A stretch of 18,475 nucleotides of DNA from Candidatus Eiseniibacteriota bacterium (GCA_963792585.1 CAWBWI010000007.1:1-18475), one strand, 5' to 3'; positions 6,932-16,586 are shown, counted from the first letter of the stretch. Numbers and translations are program-made. The notes: a model not told the origin generated them from the letters alone.

Positions 6932-8179
6932 ATGAATCAAACCATCAGCAACCGTGCGGGCCAACTCGCGCGGATCGGCCTTTTCCTGTATCTGGCGCTC
7001 GCCCTCGGCAATGGGATGGCGTCGGGGGTGCGTTTGCTCGGCATCCGGACCGCGCCGCGCGGGGAGGGTGTCCGCGTCGTCCTCGATCTGGAGGGAAAGG
7101 CCACTTGCCGGCTGGAACAGGGCAAGGACGGAACGTGGTCCGTGCTCCTGAAGAAGCTCTGCCCGGCCGTTGCCCCGAAGCCGATCCTCCGGCCGCACGC
7201 TCTCCTCACCACGATTTCGGCTCGCTGCACAGGTGAGGATCTGCGGATCGAACTGAATGGAGCGAAGGCTCTCACGGCGACCAGCTTCCGGATAGCCGCC
7301 GAGAAGAAGAAGCCGGAACGTTTCGTCGTCGACCTCTTGCCGGGGCGGGGCGCATCGGCGGCACACCCCCCCGTGCCAGAGGAGCCACCGGTAGAAGCGC
7401 CGGCCCTCGGGGGTCCGGTCCCTCTGCTTCCGGCCGCTTCGGCGGATCCCGAACCGCTACCGCGCCGCTCCGGCAAGTGGCGCATCCTGATCGACCCGGG
7501 ACATGGTGGGAACGACCCCGGCGCGAGCCGTCGTGGTCTGCAGGAGAAGGAAATCGTCCTCGACGTCGCACGGCGAGTGGCCAGGATGCTGAACGGCACG
7601 GACGGGTTCGAGGCGCGGCTGAGCCGCAACGACGACCGCCTTGTGCCGTTGCGTCAGCGATTCGCCGCCGCCGAGAAGTTCAACGCGGACGCTTTCGTGA
7701 GCATCCACGTCAATGCATCAGGGACGCGCAAGGCCTATGGCGTGGAGGTCTTCTTCTTGTCTCTCGGAGGGGCGTCGGACGAGGCCTCGAGGGATCTTGC
7801 CAAGCTCGAGAATCAGGCCGATCCGGACTATGTCGTGGAGGAGGATTCCCTCCTGCAGGGAATCCCCTTCTCCTTTGACCTTCGACAATCGGACACGATC
7901 GTGCGAAGCAGCCGTCTCGCGGAATCGGTCCTGGAATCGTTCGAGAAGACGGGTCTGGCAGCGAGCCGCGGGGTCAAGCAAGCGGGCTTCGCGGTGCTGA
8001 AGTCATTCCAGGTACCGTCGATCCTGGTCGAGACCGGCTTCATCTCGAATCCTGAAGAGGCCCGACGTTTGAAGGATCCGCAGCATCGCGAACGGCTCGC
8101 CGCCTGCATCGCCCAGGGGACGACGGCGTTCTTCGAGAAGTTCGCGCGGGCCCGGACCGAGTCGAGCGGCGAGCGCTGA
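6932..8179 (+). CDS. N-acetylmuramoyl-L-alanine amidase (AmiC-like: AMIN, Pro-rich linker, Amidase_3)
   Basis: IDPGHGGNDPGA, EKEIVL, FVSIHVNA and SILVETGFISN. AMIN-like RVVLDL and RFVVDL segments. Confidence 0.93.
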   Translation: MNQTISNRAGQLARIGLFLYLALALGNGMASGVRLLGIRTAPRGEGVRVVLDLEGKATCRLEQGKDGTWSVLLKKLCPAVAPKPILRPHALLTTISARCTGEDLRIELNGAKALTATSFRIAAEKKKPERFVVDLLPGRGASAAHPPVPEEPPVEAPALGGPVPLLPAASADPEPLPRRSGKWRILIDPGHGGNDPGASRRGLQEKEIVLDVARRVARMLNGTDGFEARLSRNDDRLVPLRQRFAAAEKFNADAFVSIHVNASGTRKAYGVEVFFLSLGGASDEASRDLAKLENQADPDYVVEEDSLLQGIPFSFDLRQSDTIVRSSRLAESVLESFEKTGLAASRGVKQAGFAVLKSFQVPSILVETGFISNPEEARRLKDPQHRERLAACIAQGTTAFFEKFARARTESSGER

Positions 8180-8186
8180 TTCCCGC

Positions 8187-10616
8187 TCAGCGAAGTCGCA
8201 GGATCTTCCGATCGAGTGTTCGACCGTCGGCGAATCTCAGCCGTGCAAGGTAGACTCCGGCGGGCGCAACGCGTCCCTGTTCGTCCCGGCCGTCCCACAC
8301 GGCGGTGAGTTCCCCGGCCTCGGCGACAGGCTGCAGACTCCTCATGCGGCGACCCCCGAGATCGTGGATGGCGAGTCGAGCGGGACCCGCAGGGGCGCCC
8401 CACCGAAACCCAATCCGCTCGACGAAGGGATTCGGACCGAAGTCGAACCGGACCGCTGTCGCGCCCGGAACGAAGCTCACGGATGCCGGACCTGCCCAGA
8501 CAGCGGCGCCGTCCTCCGGCACCCGCAGCCAGTAACGGTAATTGCCCGTTTCCACGAGTGTGGAGTCGATGAAGCGCCGATCGCGTCCTCCGGATGTCCA
8601 ACCGATCGAACGGCGGGCCTCGCCCACCGGTCCGTCGCGGTAGATCTCGAGCGGCGTCGAACCGGCGTCCTCGGTCAGTCGAAATCGAACGAGGACCTGC
8701 CCGCTCACCTGAACCGCTTCCGCCTCCTCCAGGAGCACCGGGACCACATACCCGGTCGCGCCCAACGCATCGACCTTTCCAAAGCCGTAGACTGCGTTCG
8801 CATCCGGACCTGTGAAGTCGTCACGGCGGGCGGTCCCCGTGAGCCGATCGGTCATGGCTCGTACGCTCAGTCTGCCGCGGTTCTCGAACACGAGGGCGGC
8901 GAGTCCCGCCACGTGGGGACACGCCATGCTCGTTCCCTGGAAGACCACGTGGACGCCATCTTGGAGAATCGCGTGGGGGTTCTGGGTCGTCGCTCCCGAC
9001 AGGGCGGCCCCGACGCCTTGGCCGGGCGCGGTGAGGTCGGGTTTGATCACGTCATCCCGCCTCGGACCGACGCTCGAGAACGTTGAGATCGCGCCGAGCG
9101 TCGGGGCCGGTGAGTAGCCGTATTGGTTGTCGTCCTCCGCGATCCAACTCGCCTTCGTTGCATATGCCCCGACGGCGATGACCGAATCGCCCGTCGCAGG
9201 CGAGGAGACCAGGTAACCCTCGTCGACCCCGACCCGGAACGGCAGATCGCCGGGCATCGTCCTGTAGAAGATCCAGGCGTCGAAGGTGGAGGCTGCGGCC
9301 ACGGCATTGACCGGCTCCGCCTGCATCAGGATCCGCCAGGTTCCCGGTGCTGGGGGCGCATCCGCCAGGCGGTCGTAAATCCAGAAGAAGGCGTTTTCCT
9401 CGCCGTTGAGGGCCCCGGTCATCGAGTTGTCGACCTCCACACGTCCATCGGGGGTGTCGGCCTGCATGGAGGCGCCCTTCGCCACGGGCCCGATGTCGTA
9501 GCCGTTCGGGGTGATGACAGTGAAGGTGATCGCGGTGCCGGCGGTGAACCAGGCATCGATGTCGATCTCGTCATTCGCGGCGCCGGTCGCAGGCGTATAG
9601 ATGGGAACGCTGAACGTCACGGACGACGAGTCGGGAGGGGCGAAGATCCGTCGCGCGTGGTAGCCCTTTCCCATCTCGTTGCCGGTCGCGGCGACGATTG
9701 CGTGGCCGGGTCCGGCGAGCGAGGCGAGCGAGAGGGCGAATTCATCGGTGCCGTCGTGCGCGCCATAGTGCGTTCCGAGGCTCAAGTTCGCGACCGCAGG
9801 CAGACCGAGGCTGTCGGCCTTCTGGAAGATGTAGTCGACCCCGGCCGTGACGCTGGTGGTCAGATAGTCGGTCTTCACCGCGATGATCGAAGCCTCCGGG
9901 GCCATGCCGACGTACCGGTAGGCCGGTTCACCATTGCCGGTCGCGCGCCCGTTCCCCGCCGCGATCCCCATCACGTGGGTGCCGTGGCCGGCAGGGTCGG
10001 TTTCAGTGCACACGCCGGCATCGATCTGGGCTGCGGTCCATTCCTTCCCGAAGGCGAAGCTCCGGGGTGGATCCGTCGAGGAGACCGTTTGATCCCACAG
10101 CGAGATCAGGCGGGTCTTGTCCTGGGCATCGCGGAAATCCTGGTGCTGGAAATCGATTCCGCTGTCGATGATGCCGACGACAACCCCGCGTCCCGTCAAC
10201 CCGACGTAGTCCGGCGGGTATCCGTGGGCCTCGTGTACCGCGGTCCCGCCACATTCGGCGAGGCTCGAATCCAGATAGGCATCACAGCGCACGCCCGGTA
10301 TGAGGGAGACGACGCTCGGATCGCCTGCGGCGCGGCGGATCTGATCTCTGGTCCAGAGGGCTGCGCGCAGATCGCCGGACGTTCCCGGGCCCAGCAGCCC
10401 CGCCGACTCGAGAGCGCGGCCGCCGTCACGGGTGCGAACCCACAAGCCGATGACCTCCGCGCCCCCTGCCAGGGTGGAGGCAGATGTCCGCGCGATGGCG
10501 GCGGGAAGGGCGGGTCGTTCCGGATCGATGGCCGCCTCCAGGAGTGGATGGAGGATCGCCGCTCCCGCGACACTCGGAATCCAGAGAACGAAGAAGAGGA
10601 TCCATCTACGGGCCAT
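8187..10616 (-). CDS. Secreted S8 subtilase (CspA-like, split catalytic domain) with C-terminal FlgD-Ig/T9SS-CTD-like domain
   Basis: Start reassigned to ATG 10616 (RBS GGGAGG, signal peptide). Triad GIIDSG / HGTHVMG / GTSMACP. Tail PNPF..IHDLGGRRMRSL..WDGRDEQG..GVYLARL. Confidence 0.92.
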   Translation of the reverse strand: MARRWILFFVLWIPSVAGAAILHPLLEAAIDPERPALPAAIARTSASTLAGGAEVIGLWVRTRDGGRALESAGLLGPGTSGDLRAALWTRDQIRRAAGDPSVVSLIPGVRCDAYLDSSLAECGGTAVHEAHGYPPDYVGLTGRGVVVGIIDSGIDFQHQDFRDAQDKTRLISLWDQTVSSTDPPRSFAFGKEWTAAQIDAGVCTETDPAGHGTHVMGIAAGNGRATGNGEPAYRYVGMAPEASIIAVKTDYLTTSVTAGVDYIFQKADSLGLPAVANLSLGTHYGAHDGTDEFALSLASLAGPGHAIVAATGNEMGKGYHARRIFAPPDSSSVTFSVPIYTPATGAANDEIDIDAWFTAGTAITFTVITPNGYDIGPVAKGASMQADTPDGRVEVDNSMTGALNGEENAFFWIYDRLADAPPAPGTWRILMQAEPVNAVAAASTFDAWIFYRTMPGDLPFRVGVDEGYLVSSPATGDSVIAVGAYATKASWIAEDDNQYGYSPAPTLGAISTFSSVGPRRDDVIKPDLTAPGQGVGAALSGATTQNPHAILQDGVHVVFQGTSMACPHVAGLAALVFENRGRLSVRAMTDRLTGTARRDDFTGPDANAVYGFGKVDALGATGYVVPVLLEEAEAVQVSGQVLVRFRLTEDAGSTPLEIYRDGPVGEARRSIGWTSGGRDRRFIDSTLVETGNYRYWLRVPEDGAAVWAGPASVSFVPGATAVRFDFGPNPFVERIGFRWGAPAGPARLAIHDLGGRRMRSLQPVAEAGELTAVWDGRDEQGRVAPAGVYLARLRFADGRTLDRKILRLR

Positions 10617-11160
10617 CGTCGGCCTCCCGTGGGTTGGGGGAGTGATTGCGGGTGAGAGGATCGTGTGCACTCTGCCCACCCGGAACCTCATTGAGAACAT
10701 CGACCACATGGGGAATCAAATCGGCGATTGCGAAGAGCATCTCGACCGCGCCGCGTGGCGAGCCCGGAAGATTCACGATGAGGCAGCGGCCGCGGGTTGC
10801 GGCCACCCCGCGGGAAAGGTATGCGCGGGGAAACCCGTTCCCGGTGCGGGATCGCATGAGTTCGCCGAGACCAGGCACCAGGCGATCGGCGGCGCGCGCC
10901 GTGGCCTCGGGAGTCCGATCTCGGGGGGAGAGTCCGGTGCCGCCCGTCGTGAGGATCAGTTCGCAACCATCCTCGGCAAGTTGAATGAGCCGTCGAGTGA
11001 TTGCGTCCTCATCGTCGGGGAGGATCTCGCGAATCGGGTCCTTCCTGCCCAGGGAAGCAAGGGCCTGAGCGACCTCCGGCCCGCTTCTGTCGATCTGCTC
11101 CCCCCGAGCGCACCGATCCGAGATCGTGAGGACGGCAGTGCTCGGGCTCCTTCCTTCCAT
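10606..11160 (-). CDS. mogA: Molybdopterin adenylyltransferase, MogA/MoaB family
   Basis: VLTISDR, DRSGP, ILPDDED, TTGGTGLSPRDRTPEAT, LSRGVA and NLPGSP. Start reassigned to ATG 11160. Confidence 0.9.
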   Translation of the reverse strand: MEGRSPSTAVLTISDRCARGEQIDRSGPEVAQALASLGRKDPIREILPDDEDAITRRLIQLAEDGCELILTTGGTGLSPRDRTPEATARAADRLVPGLGELMRSRTGNGFPRAYLSRGVAATRGRCLIVNLPGSPRGAVEMLFAIADLIPHVVDVLNEVPGGQSAHDPLTRNHSPNPREADDGP

Positions 11161-11198
11161 GCGTCGAGTATGTACCCGAAGCAGGCCCGCGAACAGCC

Positions 11199-11618
11199 TT
11201 AGTCCCCGATGATCTTGATCATGATCCGCTTGGCCCTGCGGCCGTCGAACTCGCCGTAGAAGACCTGCTCCCAGGGGCCGAAGTCGAGTTTGCCGTCGGT
11301 GATCGCGATGACGACCTCTCGACCCATGACCTGCCGCTTGTGGTGGGCATCGCCGTTGTCTTCTCCCGTCCGGTTGTGTTCGTAGCGGGAAAGGGGCTCG
11401 TGCGGGGCGAGGTCCTCGAGCCAACGGGCATAGTCGCGCAGGAGGCCCGGTTCGTCGTCGTTGATGTAGACGCTCGCCGTGATGTGCATCGCGTTGACCA
11501 GGCAGAGGCCCTCACGAACGCCGCTATCCTTCAGGGCCTCCGCGACCTCGGGGGTGATGTTGCGGAAGGCCATCCGCTCGGGAAGCGTCATCGTCAGCAC
11601 TTTGCGATAGGACTTCAT
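11199..11618 (-). CDS. yjbQ: YjbQ/UPF0047 family protein (secondary thiamine-phosphate synthase)
   Basis: [23 protein letters not shown] and [24 protein letters not shown]. Confidence 0.92.
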   Translation of the reverse strand: MKSYRKVLTMTLPERMAFRNITPEVAEALKDSGVREGLCLVNAMHITASVYINDDEPGLLRDYARWLEDLAPHEPLSRYEHNRTGEDNGDAHHKRQVMGREVVIAITDGKLDFGPWEQVFYGEFDGRRAKRIMIKIIGD

Positions 11619-11726
11619 CTCATTCCTCCTCCCGCCGACCCGCGGTCAGGTCCCGACCGCCTATGGTATCGTGGATCGGGGAGCCACGCGCCCAGGGTGT
11701 TCGACGGCGCCGAAGAAGGAGGTCCC

Positions 11727-12290
11727 GTGAAGAGGTTCGCGCTCGCATGCGCACTTGGCGCGGTCATGCTTCTGCCCGCATGCCAGGAAAAGAAGGCCGA
11801 AACCCAGACGCCCGCGGGTAGGCCATCCGGGCCCCGCGGGGGGATCTCCATCATCGCTCCCGCCCAACGCCAGAAAGCGGGTGCGATCGAGACACGGGCG
11901 CTCGATGGGGCGAACTGGAGCTTGTCCGGTCAGGCGGGGAATGTCGTCGTGATCGATTTCTGGGCAACCTGGTGCGGTCCCTGCCGCATGACGATCCCTC
12001 ACCTGATCGAGATGCAGAAAAACTATGGCGGACGCGGCGTCTCGATCGTCGGAATCTCCCTGGACCAGAATGGCAGGACGGCGGTCGAGCCATTCGTCTC
12101 GCAAGCGGGGATCAACTATCCGATCCTCCTCGATCCACAGTCCCGGTATGCGGATCTGTTCGGCGGGGTGGAGGGGATTCCGACCTTCTTCCTGATCGAT
12201 CGGAATGGGCGGATCGCCGCGCGACAGGTGGGGGCCGGGCCGAAGGAAGCCCTCGCGCAAGCGATCGAGGCGCTTCTCTCGGAGGGTTAG
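11727..12290 (+). CDS. TlpA/ResA-like thiol-disulfide oxidoreductase lipoprotein
   Basis: GTG 11727 behind AAGGAGG. Lipobox LPA-C, DFWATWCGPC and GIPTFFLIDRNG. Confidence 0.92.
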   Translation: MKRFALACALGAVMLLPACQEKKAETQTPAGRPSGPRGGISIIAPAQRQKAGAIETRALDGANWSLSGQAGNVVVIDFWATWCGPCRMTIPHLIEMQKNYGGRGVSIVGISLDQNGRTAVEPFVSQAGINYPILLDPQSRYADLFGGVEGIPTFFLIDRNGRIAARQVGAGPKEALAQAIEALLSEG

Positions 12291-12302
12291 ACGGGGCGGT
12301 CC

Positions 12303-12986
12303 CTACCCGCGGGAGCCGAACAGCGCGGTGCCGACGCGGATGTGGGTGGCGCCTTCTTCGATCGCGGTCTCGAAGTCGCCCGACATGCCCATGGACAGAA
12401 CCCATGCGTCCGGAACCTCGGCCCGGGCCTCGGCAAGCAGCTCGCGAAGGAGGCGGAACGAGGCCCGGATCGCCGCCGGATCCTCGGTGAGGGGCCCCAA
12501 TGTCATCAGGCCCCGGAGGCGAAGGTTGGAACAGGTGCGGATGGCGGCCGCATGCGGGCGGACCTCGCCCGGGGGGACGCCGAACTTCGTTTCCTCGCCC
12601 GACGTGTTGACCTGCAGACAGACATCGATGGGCGAGGCGGCATGCAGCTGGATCTGCTCGGCGAGACGCACCGAATCGACGGAGTGGATCATGAACACAT
12701 GGGGGAGGACGACTTTGACCTTGTTCGTCTGGAGGTGGCCGATCAGATGCCACCGAATCGAAAGGTCCGCGAGCGCCCCGCACTTCTCGAGCAGTTCCTG
12801 GACGCGGTTTTCACCGAGGTCGCGCAGCCCATGGGCAACGGCGGCGCGCGCCGTTTCCGCGGGGTGGGTTTTCGTGACACCGATGAGCACCACCTCGCCG
12901 GGATCGCGGCCGGCGCGCGTTGAGGCGCGGGCGATCCTTTCCCGGATGCCGGCGTAGCGCGAACCGATGTCCCCGTCGCGTTCCAT
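12303..12986 (-). CDS. yggS: Pyridoxal phosphate homeostasis protein (YggS/PLPBP)
   Basis: GVTKT (PLP lysine), GENRVQE, WHLIGHLQTNKVK, HSVDS, LSMGMSGDFETAIEEGATHIRVGTALFG. Confidence 0.96.
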   Translation of the reverse strand: MERDGDIGSRYAGIRERIARASTRAGRDPGEVVLIGVTKTHPAETARAAVAHGLRDLGENRVQELLEKCGALADLSIRWHLIGHLQTNKVKVVLPHVFMIHSVDSVRLAEQIQLHAASPIDVCLQVNTSGEETKFGVPPGEVRPHAAAIRTCSNLRLRGLMTLGPLTEDPAAIRASFRLLRELLAEARAEVPDAWVLSMGMSGDFETAIEEGATHIRVGTALFGSRG

Positions 12987-13035
12987 TCGAGGCGATCGTA
13001 GCCGCGCGGGCGGTGGCGGCGCAATCGCGAGCGAG

Positions 13036-13903
13036 ATGCGCGAGCATCTGGAGCGGCTCCGCGATGAGGCCCATCGCGAACGCTATGTGGAGCGCGATCC
13101 TCTCTCCACCGTGATCCGGTTTTCCGATCCCGGCGACCAGGAGGTGGGAGGCTTGATTGCGGCGCTCCTCGCCTACGGGCAGGTCGATCTGTTGCGGGCC
13201 CACGCGCAGGCCGTGCTCGATCACCTGGGCGAGCATCCGGCAGAGCGCCTCCGAGCGGGGGTGCCCACGCTTCCGGCCATGGCATACCGATTCCACCGCA
13301 CCCGGGATCTCACGGCGCTCCTGTGCGGGATCCGGTCCTTGCTGCTCGCGCACGGCTCGCTCGGCGCGGCCTTCTCCGTCCACTGGGACGGGCACGAGGA
13401 CCTACGGCGGGCGCTGACCGGATTCGTACACGCTTTGCGCGATGCCGCCGGTCCCGCAGGGCCCGGATTGCGGTTCCTGCTCGCGGATCCTGCGGGGGGC
13501 GGGGCGTGCAAGCGCTGGCACCTCTATCTTCGCTGGATGGTTCGACAGGGCGACGGCGATCCCGATCCGGGACCGTGGCGAGATCGAATCCCGGCTTCCT
13601 CCCTCCTGGTCCCTCTCGACACGCACCTCGATCCGCGTGAGCGGCAGGCTCGGCTTCACAAGGCGGCGCACGGCCAGCTGGAAGATGGCCGAGGAGGTGA
13701 CGGCCGCCCTCCGCCGTCTCTCCCCGGACGATCCGGTCCGTTACGATCTGCCTCTCTGCCATCTGGGGATCCGGGGAATCTGCCCTCCGCGCCTGACGGC
13801 CGATACTTGCGGCCGTTGTCCCCTTCGGGCCGTCTGCCCGACCGGGAAACGGCGGTGCGCAAGGATGGCGCCCCGGCTTGAACGGCGCGCCGGGCCCGCC
13901 TAG
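13036..13903 (+). CDS. TIGR02757/DUF2400-like protein (HhH-GPD-related) with one apparent frameshift near 13630
   Basis: DP..DQEVGGLIAALLAYG, ACKRWHLYLRWMVR and PLDTH in one frame. It continues in the next frame as RLGFTRRRTASWKMAEEVT..DDPVRYDLPLCHLG to stop 13903. Start is 13036 or 12967. Confidence 0.82.
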
Positions 13904-13906
13904 ACT
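13878..13906 (+). promoter_or_regulatory. Putative sigma-70-type promoter for lysS and EBP2
   Basis: TTGAAC-N17-TAGACT, ~50 bp upstream of the lysS start (RBS GAGGAGG). Confidence 0.55.
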
Positions 13907-13956
13907 CGGCGGCAAGGCATCAAGCCGACCCCACCACACCAACCGAGGAGGATTGT

Positions 13957-15471
13957 TTGGACCGGCTGGACGAACTCCGGCGCGTTCGCATGGAGAAGCT
14001 CGCACGACTTCGTGAGCTGGGTGAGAATCCCTATCCGTACTCCTTCGACCGGACTCATACGGCCCGCGAGATCCTCGACGGTTTCGCCGACCTGGAGGAG
14101 AAGGGATCGGTTCGGGTGGCGGGACGGATCATGAGCCTTCGCGAGATGGGGAAGGCGGCGTTCGCGCACTTGCAGGACGCTTCCGGTCGAATCCAGGTCT
14201 ACGTCAAGCAGGACATCGTCGGGGTCGACCGCTATGAGATCCTGAAGCTGCTCGACCTCGGGGACCTGATCGGCGTCGAGGGGGTCGCCTTCCGCACCCG
14301 GACCGGGGAGATCTCGGTGCGCGCGGAGAAGCTGACCGTCCTGTGCAAGGCGGTCCTTCCCCTACCGATCGTGAAGGAGAAGGATGGCGAGCGCTTCGAC
14401 GACGTGACCGACAAGGAACTGCGCTACCGTCAGCGGCACACGGACTTGATTCTGAACCCCGCGGCCCGACGGAGTCTCGAGGCGCGCACGCGGGTCGTGC
14501 GTCACCTTCGGACCTTCCTCGATCAGCGCGGCTTCCTCGAGGTGGAGACGCCGATTCTGCAGTCGATTCCGGGAGGGGCGAATGCTCGACCGTTCGTGAC
14601 CCACCACAACGCGCTGTCGATGGATCTGTATCTGCGAATCGCCCTTGAGCTGCACCTGAAGCGGCTTCTGGTGGGTGGAATCGAGAGGGTTTATGAGCTC
14701 GCGCGTGTCTTCCGCAACGAGGGGATGGACCGCGAGCACAACCCGGAGTTCACGCTCCTCGAGTTCTACTGGGCGTATGCAGACTACAACGATGCGATGA
14801 TCCTGGTGGAGGAGATGTTCCGCTCGTGCGCCATGGAGGCGGCAGGCACGCTCCGGGTGGCATGGGAAGGGCTCGAAATCGACCTCGAATCCCCATTCCG
14901 CCGGGCCAGCATGCAGGGGTTGATCCTGGAGCACACCGGAATCGACATCCTCAAGGACGAGGATGCGAGCCTCTCCGGGTGGCTCACGGAGCGCAGCGAG
15001 CCGCTCCCCAAGCTTCCCGGAAGGGGTCCCCTGATCGAGTATCTATTCGACGCGGCGGTGGTTCCGCACCTGATCCAGCCGACCTTCGTGCTCGACCACC
15101 CGCGAAGCATCAGTCCGCTCGCGAAGGTCCACCGCTCGGGCGTCGAGGCGCTTGTTGAGCGTTTCGAGCTCTTCATCGGGGGGCACGAGTACGCCAATGC
15201 CTTCAGCGAGCTGAACGATCCGGTCGACCAGCGCGCCCGTCTGGAGGAGCAGGCCGGGCGGCGATCGATGGGGGATGAGGAGGCGCAGTACGTCGACGAG
15301 GAATTCCTGACCGCGATCGAGCACGGGATGCCTCCGGCCGCCGGTGTGGGGATCGGGGTCGATCGACTCGTCATGCTCCTGACGGGAGAAGCGAACATCC
15401 GCGATGTCCTGTTCTTCCCGCACCTGAGGCCCCTGGATGGCCTCGTGAGGGAGTCGAAGGAGGAGGATTGA
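13957..15471 (+). CDS. lysS: Lysine--tRNA ligase, class II
   Basis: OB-fold anticodon domain (VAGRIMSLREMGKAAF), RYRQR, FLEVETP, GGANARPF, FRNEG, HNPEFT, ERFELF, NAFSELNDP and GMPPAAGVGIGVDRL. Confidence 0.98.
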   Translation: MDRLDELRRVRMEKLARLRELGENPYPYSFDRTHTAREILDGFADLEEKGSVRVAGRIMSLREMGKAAFAHLQDASGRIQVYVKQDIVGVDRYEILKLLDLGDLIGVEGVAFRTRTGEISVRAEKLTVLCKAVLPLPIVKEKDGERFDDVTDKELRYRQRHTDLILNPAARRSLEARTRVVRHLRTFLDQRGFLEVETPILQSIPGGANARPFVTHHNALSMDLYLRIALELHLKRLLVGGIERVYELARVFRNEGMDREHNPEFTLLEFYWAYADYNDAMILVEEMFRSCAMEAAGTLRVAWEGLEIDLESPFRRASMQGLILEHTGIDILKDEDASLSGWLTERSEPLPKLPGRGPLIEYLFDAAVVPHLIQPTFVLDHPRSISPLAKVHRSGVEALVERFELFIGGHEYANAFSELNDPVDQRARLEEQAGRRSMGDEEAQYVDEEFLTAIEHGMPPAAGVGIGVDRLVMLLTGEANIRDVLFFPHLRPLDGLVRESKEED

Positions 15472-16455
15472 GCGCCGAACGCGTGCGCACCCCGCACCAC
15501 GAGCAGATCATCGGGGTATCGGACGCGATGAAGCGGATCCTCCGGCTGGTCGAGAAGATCGGCCCGACGGAGAGCACCGTCCTGATCACGGGCGAGAGCG
15601 GCACCGGGAAGGAGAAGATCGCCCGGTTCGTCCACCTGCAGAGCAAGCGGGCCGGGAAGCCGTTTGTCGCCGTCAACGCGGGCGCGATCCCCGAGACCCT
15701 GATCGAAAGCGAGTTGTTCGGCCACGTGCGGGGCGCCTTCACGGACGCGCGGGAGCGGCGACGGGCCTCTTCGAGATGGCCGATCAGGGAACGATCTTCC
15801 TCGACGAGATCGGCAGAGATGCCGGCGAGCATGCAGGTCCGCCTCCTGCGCGTGCTGCAGGACCACGAGATCCGCCCGGTCGGCGCCGACTTCTCATCAC
15901 ACGGTCGATGTGCGCGTCATCGCCGCTACGAACAGCGATCTGCGCGAGCGATCGCGGCAGGACGATTCCGCGAGGATCTGTTCTATCGCCTGAACGTCTT
16001 CCGGATCCACATGCCGCCGCTGCGGGATCACAAGGATGACATCCCGTTCCTCGCGCGCTTCTTCCTGAAGATTGGCCGATCGCACGGCCGGAGGTCAGCG
16101 GCTTCTCCGATCAGATCTGGGGATACCTGCAGAACTACGATTGGCCGGGCAACGTCCGCGAGCTCGAGAACTCGGTCGAGCACGCGGTCATCGTTACCGA
16201 CGGTCCCCTGATTACGCCGCGGGACCTGCCGCCGGAGAGTCGTCGAGCGCGGGCTCCCGCGACTCGAGCAAGGGCAATGACGAGTCGATCCCCGACGGCC
16301 TCACCCTCGAGGAAGTCGAGGCCCGCTACATCCGCCGGGCGATCTGAGCAGGGAGCAGGGAAGCCTCTGCCGGAACCGCCCGCGAGCCTGGGCGTATCCA
16401 GGACGACCCTCTGGCGAAAGATGCGGAGTACGGGATCCGTTCGGTTTCAGATTGA
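15468..16455 (+). CDS. Sigma-54 enhancer-binding protein lacking an N-terminal sensory domain (several apparent frameshifts)
   Basis: TTG start overlaps the lysS stop. Motifs are spread over alternating frames: GESGTGKE, ESELFGH, GAFTDA, FLDEIG, FREDLFYRLNV, WPGNVRELEN, and HTH LGVSRTTLWRKM. Reconstructed stop TGA 16453-16455. Confidence 0.88.
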
Positions 16456-16458
16456 AAC
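16444..16458. promoter_or_regulatory. Palindrome, candidate EBP upstream activating sequence
   Basis: GTTTCA-gat-TGAAAC is a perfect AT-rich inverted repeat ~160 bp upstream of the predicted dnaK TSS. Confidence 0.5.
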
Positions 16459-16526
16459 AGAGCTGGAGTCGGTTCGGACCCGCAACACGGCCCCTTCATT
16501 CATTCCACCCGGCACCAATGGACCCA

Positions 16527-16539
16527 GAACTGGTTGAGA
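16527..16539. promoter_or_regulatory. IHF-like binding site
   Basis: GAACTGGTTGAGA versus YAA-N4-TTGATW (7 of 9 specified positions), located between the palindrome and the -24/-12 promoter. Confidence 0.35.
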
Positions 16540-16586
16540 TGTATGGAGTTATCGCTCCGTCTCCTCGGTCCAATGGGCGGCCGATC

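Noticed and set aside
4183..10655. Long antisense ORFs (4183-5724, 5846-7366, 9123-10655)
   Set aside because: They lie opposite well-supported genes, carry no motifs, and are expected from stop-codon scarcity at high GC.
16510..16525. GGCACCAATG identical to 10 nt of the first sigma-54 promoter
   Set aside because: No GC at the -12 position. A much better -24/-12 element lies at 16587.
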